Shown piece by piece: positions 58,354 to 64,000 of a stretch of DNA of 64,000 nt. The notes under the pieces were generated by a model that was not told where the DNA came from, made no database searches, and worked only from the letters and a program-made list of their open reading frames with translations. Within the stretch, counting starts at the first letter, position 1. Each line of letters begins with the position of its first letter. The DNA is from a virus. The position numbers were made by a program, and so were the translations under genes. The stretch spans positions 1 through 64,000 of the IMG/VR virus record IMGVR_UViG_3300030380_006185, one strand, 5' to 3'.

Positions 58354-58635
58354 TTACTTAGTTTTAGTTATCCACTTATTATTTACATACTTACCAATTA
58401 CCAAACTACCATCAGCCATTAATCTAACTGTAAGTGTGTACACTCTTTTCTTACCTGTATATTTACTTACATCATTATACCACACCTTAAATGTATCACA
58501 GTTCCAATTGTTCCATACTTGAGCAATATCAAGATTTGGGTATCTAGACAGAACAAACTTTTTGACATCTACATTATTAACCATTACTTTTTCCCTTAAC
58601 ACCATTACATTTTCCATAAATCTCATTTTAATCAT
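58354..58635 (-). CDS. Early hypothetical protein (likely start 58626 or 58617)
   Basis: Degenerate early promoter at 58632-58673. Confidence 0.6.
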   Translation of the reverse strand: MIKMRFMENVMVLREKVMVNNVDVKKFVLSRYPNLDIAQVWNNWNCDTFKVWYNDVSKYTGKKRVYTLTVRLMADGSLVIGKYVNNKWITKTK

Positions 58636-58673
58636 ACCACAATATACGAACCAGCACTCGCTAACCCTCTACC
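58632..58673 (-). promoter_or_regulatory. Early promoter (variant)
   Basis: GGT-N23-GTATATTGTGGTAT. Confidence 0.55.
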
Positions 58674-58904
58674 CTTGATATCTTGGCTGAGCATCTGGTT
58701 ACGTAGATCGTAATTTGGATCGTATCCGCACGCTTTGAGTACCATGTACAATGTTTTCCAACGTGTTTCTAGGTGGCGATAATGCTTGCTATCTGTACCA
58801 TATAACTCTTTCCACTCATCTTGTGCTACCCATGATTGCGCCTCTAATTTTTGCATGATTGCTATTGTACCTCTCTTTGTCATATACTTTTGTTTTTTGG
58901 TCAC
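58632..58904 (-). CDS. Early hypothetical protein (likely ATG start 58883)
   Basis: ORF immediately downstream of a structured RNA. Confidence 0.55.
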   Translation of the reverse strand: MTKKQKYMTKRGTIAIMQKLEAQSWVAQDEWKELYGTDSKHYRHLETRWKTLYMVLKACGYDPNYDLRNQMLSQDIKGRGLASAGSYIVV

Positions 58905-59081
58905 CTAAAGCCCTACACATGGGTTGGTGTAGAGCCGTTGGCGATTGTATAATTAAAAAAGATATGGGTTTTATTTTGATGGCTAAAACCCTTAAACCAA
59001 ATATCTATACTCACCTCGCTGCTCCCCTCTATTTTAAGCAACCCAACCATTTCTTGGTCATTCCTCTCGCCGAGGTGAGTA
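58901..59081 (-). ncRNA. Candidate structured RNA (RNA1) containing the antisense of the early-gene leader
   Basis: 11-bp perfect stem 59008-59018/59071-59081, 8+6-bp stem, 9-bp stem, 7-nt loop pairing; CAUAUCUUUUUUAAUUAUAC segment. Confidence 0.6.
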
Positions 59082-59092
59082 ATACCAATTTC

Positions 59093-59296
59093 TTATTTAA
59101 ACCTACCGTACTGTTTTTTCATACCAAGTACTTCTTGTATCTCATCACTACTAATACCACCCTCACTTATAGGTGCATCCAATAGTATCTTCATCATTTG
59201 CATTACGATTGTATACTCACCAGTTTTATTAGCATCATCCAACAATCCTAGTTTCATCTCTTTACTCAATCCCAACAACATTTCTTTTTCAAACAT
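59093..59296 (-). CDS. Early hypothetical protein
   Basis: Own promoter copy. Confidence 0.7.
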   Translation of the reverse strand: MFEKEMLLGLSKEMKLGLLDDANKTGEYTIVMQMMKILLDAPISEGGISSDEIQEVLGMKKQYGRFK

Positions 59297-59310
59297 ATTT
59301 CTTTTTTTAA

Positions 59311-59352
59311 TTATACTACAATATACGAACTATCTATCTAAACTGGTATTCA
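59311..59352 (-). promoter_or_regulatory. Early promoter
   Basis: TGA-N23-GTATATTGTAGTATAA. Confidence 0.75.
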
Positions 59353-59649
59353 TTAAATAGGTAAATCATACTCATCAAACCTACCCTCCTCTCTACCAAA
59401 CCCAAAATTACCTTTCTCCTCAACCTCAACATCTTCTTCATAGTCATCATCAAGTACATCAGTACCAACAATAATTTCTTCACCTGTAATAGGGTCTATT
59501 CCTCTTCTTTCAAGTTCTTTCGTTACTAACCAAAATAATTTCTCAAGTGTTGTTCCTCTTTCAGTACCCAACTCACAACTAATTTCTAAATTCAAATGAT
59601 CTAACTCATTTAACAAATCGTCATCACTATAACCACTAAAATCTTTCAT
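59353..59649 (-). CDS. Acidic early protein
   Basis: D/E-rich; own promoter copy. Confidence 0.7.
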   Translation of the reverse strand: MKDFSGYSDDDLLNELDHLNLEISCELGTERGTTLEKLFWLVTKELERRGIDPITGEEIIVGTDVLDDDYEEDVEVEEKGNFGFGREEGRFDEYDLPI

Positions 59650-59664
59650 ATTTACCCTTTAAAA

Positions 59665-59706
59665 TTATACTACAATATACAAACTACCTATTTAAACTGG
59701 TATTCC
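59665..59706 (-). promoter_or_regulatory. Early promoter
   Basis: GGA-N23-GTATATTGTAGTATAA. Confidence 0.8.
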
Positions 59707-59710
59707 CTAT

Positions 59711-59935
59711 TTATCTATGAAACTTTTTAAACCGAAGTTCTGTTTTATTAATAGTACTGTCTTCTATTTTCTTATCTATAGCTCTGACAGTTCGTCCTAT
59801 TTGTATTATTTCATCCCACTGATCCTCTTGGACTTTAAAAATAATGTTGTGGTATTTTTTTTGTTCTTGTCTTATATAAACTAACAGATGGCAATTCACT
59901 ATGAATGACATAAAAACTATTGTTATTGTTATCAT
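59711..59935 (-). CDS. Early single-TM protein
   Basis: Hydrophobic N-terminus. Confidence 0.55.
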   Translation of the reverse strand: MITITIVFMSFIVNCHLLVYIRQEQKKYHNIIFKVQEDQWDEIIQIGRTVRAIDKKIEDSTINKTELRFKKFHR

Positions 59936-59953
59936 CTTTTTTCTTTTTTTTAT

Positions 59954-60121
59954 TTATACTTTATTTATTAAATCACTTACTTCTTTTCTAAATCCTTCAT
60001 CCTCCAAATACTTCTTACCATTTGTATACCACCATTCCTGAGATACATAACCAATAATATCATCTACAAATACTAAATTGTAGGACTTATAATAATAACC
60101 TCTTAACATTGTTTCTAACAT
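59954..60121 (-). CDS. Early hypothetical protein, 55 aa (not in ORF track)
   Basis: MLETMLRGYYYKSYNLVFVDD...; directly after promoter copy. Confidence 0.65.
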   Translation of the reverse strand: MLETMLRGYYYKSYNLVFVDDIIGYVSQEWWYTNGKKYLEDEGFRKEVSDLINKV

Positions 60122-60136
60122 ACTATCTTTTTTTAA

Positions 60137-60178
60137 TTATACTACAATATACAAACTTAGTATTAATAAGGTTAGTCC
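60137..60178 (-). promoter_or_regulatory. Early promoter
   Basis: GGA-N23-GTATATTGTAGTATAA. Confidence 0.8.
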
Positions 60179-60235
60179 TTTTACAAACAAAAAACCATTT
60201 TTCATTATTGAACTAACCTTACTATCTAACTTAAT

Positions 60236-60565
60236 TTATTTATTTACAACTTCATTACTATCTTCAACCTTTACTTTTTTAGGTCGTCCTAATTTTAAAG
60301 TTCCATTTTTTCTTTTTTCTTCTAATTCCTTTAACCTAATTTGTCTTACACTTAAAGGATTCACTTTTCTACCTCTTAACTCAATTCCATTTTCTCTATT
60401 AAACTTTTTTCTTTCAAGTTCCTTTTGTCTAACACTATTTTCATTAACAGGTCGTCCTCTTTTCAACTCACCATTTTTTCTTTTTTCTTCCAATTCTCTC
60501 AACCTAATTTGTCTTTTACTATTCACATTAACAGGTCGTCCTAATTTTACACTTACTTTTTTCAT
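60236..60565 (-). CDS. Early DNA-binding protein with repeated AT-hook-like motifs
   Basis: KLGRP/KRGRP/LRGRK/KLGRP separated by VNxxSxRQ-helix repeats. Confidence 0.7.
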   Translation of the reverse strand: MKKVSVKLGRPVNVNSKRQIRLRELEEKRKNGELKRGRPVNENSVRQKELERKKFNRENGIELRGRKVNPLSVRQIRLKELEEKRKNGTLKLGRPKKVKVEDSNEVVNK

Positions 60566-60588
60566 AACTTTTTTTTATTTATTTTTAA

Positions 60589-60630
60589 TTATACTATAAT
60601 ATACAAATTATTTATTAATTTTAAAATTCC
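60589..60630 (-). promoter_or_regulatory. Early promoter
   Basis: GGA-N23-GTATATTATAGTATAA. Confidence 0.8.
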
Positions 60631-60638
60631 ATAATGAT

Positions 60639-60824
60639 TTAAAAATCATCATGTTTCCCACTCCATTTACCAACGTATTTATCATTTTTATCATACACTT
60701 CCAATGTATAAATTTTATCTCCCCAAACATGCATTGGAGGACGTGCACTAACGATTATCCCATAAAAACCTTCCTCAGCTGGGAATCTTAATCCCGCGTC
60801 CTTCTCTAATTTAATTTTATTCAT
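60639..60824 (-). CDS. Early hypothetical protein
   Basis: Own promoter copy. Confidence 0.65.
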   Translation of the reverse strand: MNKIKLEKDAGLRFPAEEGFYGIIVSARPPMHVWGDKIYTLEVYDKNDKYVGKWSGKHDDF

Positions 60825-60839
60825 TTTATCATTTTTTAA

Positions 60840-60881
60840 TTATACTATAATATACGAATTATTTATTTATTTGCTTCGTCC
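60840..60881 (-). promoter_or_regulatory. Early promoter
   Basis: GGA-N23-GTATATTATAGTATAA. Confidence 0.8.
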
Positions 60882-61045
60882 TGCATTATAACATAATCTA
60901 AAGTTTTATTTATTTGCCCTATATAGTGAAATATATCATCAATTAAATGTATTCCGTGATGATGATCCTCTACCAATTCGTTTAATTTAACTTTAAATTC
61001 TTTTAACTCTTTAATATCGTCCGTAACAAACCTTAATTTATTCAT
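60863..61045 (-). CDS. Early hypothetical protein
   Basis: Own promoter copy. Confidence 0.65.
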   Translation of the reverse strand: MNKLRFVTDDIKELKEFKVKLNELVEDHHHGIHLIDDIFHYIGQINKTLDYVIMQDEANK

Positions 61046-61060
61046 ATGTTTTTTTTTTAA

Positions 61061-61102
61061 TTATACTATAATATACAAAATAAATATTAATTAAAACATT
61101 CC
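61061..61102 (-). promoter_or_regulatory. Early promoter
   Basis: GGA-N23-GTATATTATAGTATAA. Confidence 0.8.
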
Positions 61103-61564
61103 TTACCCACAAAAAGCTCTTTTATCTTTATTTAACATTTCTTTTACCTCTTCATTACTTATTTCTCTAACCAACTCACCACTTTTCCAATCAAACCCCC
61201 ATATTCTCTTACTACTACATCCTGCATTAGTGAATACACAAGGAACTGCCATTACTTTAATACTTTTATTTTCTTTATCCACTACCAATTTATAATATCC
61301 ATAATCACCTCCATCACCATTATCTTCAATTTCAAACCCATCACAATCACTAAACCACTCATCAAAATATATATCATCAAAATCACCCTCATCCTCACTA
61401 TACACTCTATATTCTAAATCATCCTCACCCTTAATATCCAAATAATCTTCTTCACCATAATCATAACCACCACTTCCTAATAATGGTTCTCCATAATATA
61501 TTACCCTTAATTTTTTTAATCTTTCAACAATACCCAATTTTAAATATTCTTTTTTAAATTTCAT
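61103..61564 (-). CDS. Acidic early protein
   Basis: D/E/Y/G-rich; own promoter copy. Confidence 0.7.
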   Translation of the reverse strand: MKFKKEYLKLGIVERLKKLRVIYYGEPLLGSGGYDYGEEDYLDIKGEDDLEYRVYSEDEGDFDDIYFDEWFSDCDGFEIEDNGDGGDYGYYKLVVDKENKSIKVMAVPCVFTNAGCSSKRIWGFDWKSGELVREISNEEVKEMLNKDKRAFCG

Positions 61565-61576
61565 ATCTCTTTTTAA

Positions 61577-61618
61577 TTATAATATAATATACAAATTACT
61601 TATTAATTATCTTATTCC
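61577..61618 (-). promoter_or_regulatory. Early promoter
   Basis: GGA-N23-GTATATTATATTATAA. Confidence 0.75.
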
Positions 61619-61797
61619 TCAAAACAACTTCTATCAACAAAAACACTATAATCATCACCAATACTACCACATAAATCAATTAAAAAACTTCTTAATTTAA
61701 CATCACTTTTTAAAATTAACCTTTCTTCTAGTTCACCACTATTATATAATTCTAACAAGTCATTATAAATTTTATTTACCTTTTCTTTATCTAACAT
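61612..61797 (-). CDS. Early hypothetical protein (no A/P/Q/H/T residues)
   Basis: Own promoter copy. Confidence 0.65.
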   Translation of the reverse strand: MLDKEKVNKIYNDLLELYNSGELEERLILKSDVKLRSFLIDLCGSIGDDYSVFVDRSCFEE

Positions 61798-61810
61798 ATT
61801 ACCTTTTTAA

Positions 61811-61852
61811 TTATACTATAATATACAAAAAACCCCCTATATAAGGGGGTCC
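61811..61852 (-). promoter_or_regulatory. Early promoter with terminator hairpin in its spacer
   Basis: GGA-N23-GTATATTATAGTATAA; ACCCCCT-TATAT-AGGGGGT plus T run at 61827-61850. Confidence 0.8.
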
Positions 61853-61876
61853 TGTACAATATTTATTTTATTTTAT

Positions 61877-62461
61877 TTAAACAACTCTTTTTAAATCTTC
61901 AATTTCACCAGTTAATACCCACTTCCTAGTTACACTACAATATTTACCTACTTTTCTAAATCCTCCATCTTCCTCATTTAATACTCTATTCATATTAACT
62001 CCTTTCCATTTAATTTTAATAATTAAAGTAGTTTCCTTTTCTAACATTTCATTTTTATAATCAAACCAATTCTTACCCCAATTTTCTTCATATTTTAAAA
62101 AGAAATTCCTATACCAATACCAACTATAATCACTTAATTTACAAATTTCAACTTCATATTTACCAAAATCCTTACTATTTAAATAATCTTTTACTTTATT
62201 AAATTTTTCATTATCACTAATTAATCTATTTTTATCACTTAAACTATTATATACATCATCATTATAATTACTAATCCATCCTTTTAACCTTCTACACTCA
62301 CCTCCTTTAACACTATATAAATCATTATAACTAACATAAAAACTTAAATTTAAATCTTTAAATATTTTATTTAATAATTCATTTTTAAAATCATTACTTT
62401 CTTTTAATAAACCTTTCCTAATACTTTTTAACTCTTTTACTTTACTACTTTCCTTAAACAT
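61877..62461 (-). CDS. Early hypothetical protein (no A/P/Q/H residues)
   Basis: 194-aa ORF; own promoter copy; 5 C in 585 coding nt. Confidence 0.7.
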   Translation of the reverse strand: MFKESSKVKELKSIRKGLLKESNDFKNELLNKIFKDLNLSFYVSYNDLYSVKGGECRRLKGWISNYNDDVYNSLSDKNRLISDNEKFNKVKDYLNSKDFGKYEVEICKLSDYSWYWYRNFFLKYEENWGKNWFDYKNEMLEKETTLIIKIKWKGVNMNRVLNEEDGGFRKVGKYCSVTRKWVLTGEIEDLKRVV

Positions 62462-62476
62462 ATTTTATCTTTTTAA

Positions 62477-62518
62477 TTATACTACAATATACAAATTTTT
62501 ATTAAATAACAGAAGTCC
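62477..62518 (-). promoter_or_regulatory. Early promoter
   Basis: GGA-N23-GTATATTGTAGTATAA; hairpin gaagtcct/aggacttc (62512-62532) overlaps the GGA box. Confidence 0.8.
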
Positions 62519-62554
62519 TTTAACAGGACTTCCATTACTATATATAATTAAAAA

Positions 62555-62968
62555 TTAACTCTTAAATTCTTTACTTACAAAATCCTTAACCATATTATTA
62601 ATTAATTCTTTAATATCAATTCCTTTATCAATACCATTTAATATTAATTCTTTTTCAATATTTCTTTTACAATTATAATCAACACTTCCTACAATATTAA
62701 ACAAATTTTTATTTTCCTTATAACCATATCTTCCTACACTATTATAAGTAATTCTAATATTAAATTCATCATTAACCTTATTAACAAAATCATTTAATTC
62801 ATTTTCTAATTTTTCCTTTTTTAATTCTACTTCTCTTAATTCCTCTAATAAACTAAAATCAACATTTTCATTAACAATTTTTAAACATTTATCATTAACT
62901 TCCTCTACAACTTTACTATAAACTTCATTACTAACAACATCTAACTCAATTCTACTTAATTTACCCAT
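62555..62968 (-). CDS. Early hypothetical protein (single cytosine in the whole CDS)
   Basis: 137-aa ORF; only + strand G is at 62748. Confidence 0.7.
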   Translation of the reverse strand: MGKLSRIELDVVSNEVYSKVVEEVNDKCLKIVNENVDFSLLEELREVELKKEKLENELNDFVNKVNDEFNIRITYNSVGRYGYKENKNLFNIVGSVDYNCKRNIEKELILNGIDKGIDIKELINNMVKDFVSKEFKS

Positions 62969-63014
62969 AATTTACCTTTTTTAACTTTTAATTTTTAATA
63001 ATTTAACTTTTTAA

Positions 63015-63056
63015 ATATAATATAATATATAAAATTTCTATTAAAATAAATATTCC
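63015..63056 (-). promoter_or_regulatory. Early promoter (variant)
   Basis: GGA-N23-ATATATTATATTATA. Confidence 0.65.
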
Positions 63057-63057
63057 T

Positions 63058-63411
63058 TTATTTTATCTCTTCAACAAATTCTTTAAAACCTTCCCAATAA
63101 AAATTACTATATTCCATTCCTATAGTACTATAATATAAATCATCTTCACTAGTATTCATATCTAATACTTCTTCCATACTAATTTTATTTTTTCCTTTAA
63201 TACACATTAATTCAGGTTCAATCATTTCACCATCTTCATCAGATTTAAATTCATTCATAATATGATCATTCATTACTTCATAAACATCTCCTTTATAAAA
63301 TACATCACTAAAACAATCTTTCCATTCATCACCTACAAACATTTCTTCATCAATTCTGTAATCAACAATTCCTGTACATACATCTTCAATAACTCTAAAT
63401 TTTCTTCCCAT
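63058..63411 (-). CDS. Acidic early protein
   Basis: Own promoter copy. Confidence 0.7.
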   Translation of the reverse strand: MGRKFRVIEDVCTGIVDYRIDEEMFVGDEWKDCFSDVFYKGDVYEVMNDHIMNEFKSDEDGEMIEPELMCIKGKNKISMEEVLDMNTSEDDLYYSTIGMEYSNFYWEGFKEFVEEIK

Positions 63412-63429
63412 TTTATTTTATCTTTTTAA

Positions 63430-63471
63430 TTATAATACAATATACAAATTTCTAGTAAATTAAACTATTCC
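63430..63471 (-). promoter_or_regulatory. Early promoter
   Basis: GGA-N23-GTATATTGTATTATAA. Confidence 0.75.
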
Positions 63472-63650
63472 TTTAATTTTTTAACCAATTTATTAAACAT
63501 TAATTCCAATTCTTTACTTTCATCCCTATTTAATATTACATTTTCAAATAAGTTAATAGGATTTATTTCTACCACTGTGTTGTTTTCTAGTATAACATCT
63601 GTAGTGTAAATATCTCTATTGTCAGTACCTTTTATTTCAACTCTTTTCAT
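63465..63650 (-). CDS. Early hypothetical protein
   Basis: Own promoter copy. Confidence 0.65.
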   Translation of the reverse strand: MKRVEIKGTDNRDIYTTDVILENNTVVEINPINLFENVILNRDESKELELMFNKLVKKLKE

Positions 63651-63662
63651 AATATCTTTTTA

Positions 63663-63704
63663 ATATACTATAATATACGAATAATCTTTTTATAATAAAC
63701 TTCC
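63663..63704 (-). promoter_or_regulatory. Early promoter
   Basis: GGA-N23-GTATATTATAGTATAT. Confidence 0.8.
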
Positions 63705-63820
63705 TGGGTAATATAGGTTTGTTTGGTTGGGTACAAACCTGAAAACCATCCCGTTACCTCTTGCATTACTCAGTAACCCGCTAGCAAACATTGTAATCCC
63801 CGTTCTAGTAGGGTAATAAA
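63705..63820 (-). ncRNA. Candidate structured RNA (RNA2)
   Basis: GC-elevated intergenic stretch; perfect hairpin AGGUUUGU-ACCCAACCAA-ACAAACCU; GUUAC/GUAAC stem. Confidence 0.4.
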
Positions 63821-63825
63821 CTATT

Positions 63826-63984
63826 TTAATTCATCCATGAACATCTATCTTCCTGATTTAAATATTCAATAGGTACATAACCATACGTGGCAACCTCTTG
63901 TTTCAGTATCGATATAGATTCTTTAATGTTGTAAGTTAAACCTAGTGATTTAATATAATCTTTTAAAATATCATTTTCTTTCAT
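63826..63984 (-). CDS. Early hypothetical protein, 52 aa (not in ORF track)
   Basis: MKENDILKDYIKSLGLTYNIKESISILKQEVATYGYVP... Confidence 0.6.
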   Translation of the reverse strand: MKENDILKDYIKSLGLTYNIKESISILKQEVATYGYVPIEYLNQEDRCSWMN

Positions 63985-64000
63985 AACCTTTTTTTAAATA

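Noticed and set aside
58859-59185. 108-aa plus-strand ORF with an internal ATG at 58964 behind a leader-like sequence
   Set aside because: No promoter boxes, overlaps minus-strand genes and runs through a structured RNA; kept only as the alternative explanation for the anti-leader
59311-63704. Regularly repeated motif resembling a CRISPR or integron array
   Set aside because: The intervening segments are 220-670 bp gene cassettes, the repeats are non-palindromic and promoter-like, and no cas or integrase gene is present
63705-63820. Assignment as twister or hammerhead ribozyme
   Set aside because: UAAUGCA and GUUAC fragments are present, but the conserved cores cannot be assembled
1-64000. 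Stop-codon reassignment, inteins/introns, tRNA genes, DGR
   Set aside because: Core genes are intact and densely packed under code 11 at normal lengths; no cloverleaf, reverse transcriptase or TR/VR pair was seen

Overview
64 kb of a very AT-rich, large T4-like (contractile-tail) phage genome. The host is probably Bacteroidota/Flavobacteria: there are no Shine-Dalgarno sites, there are TTTG/TAnnTT-type promoters, and the window carries an Hc1 histone-like gene, an 'FSQ' signal peptide and a carboxypeptidase-regulatory-like domain. Every credible gene is on the minus strand. In transcription order (right to left): (1) a putative early region (58-64 kb) of small genes, most with their own copy of a fixed-spacing bipartite promoter, interspersed with structured RNAs and showing extreme cytosine depletion on the coding strand; (2) a GC-rich non-coding island (57.8-58.06 kb); (3) HD hydrolase and gp55-like late sigma factor; (4) baseplate/tail module; (5) GIY-YIG nuclease, primase, exonuclease; (6) about 14 kb of putative head-packaged proteins with shared N-terminal 'LIKE' leaders and L-x-E cleavage sites, plus lysis genes; (7) terminase, portal, protease, scaffold, major capsid, PhoH, neck proteins; (8) an Ala-rich coiled-coil fibre gene of at least 1425 aa that is missing from the ORF track and runs off the left end. 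Top candidates for new biology: a structured RNA carrying the antisense of the 5' leader shared by the early genes, with a second RNA whose loop is complementary to it; nearly cytosine-free genes; and a protease-processed modular capsid-cargo system. All calls come from reading motifs by eye; no searches were run.
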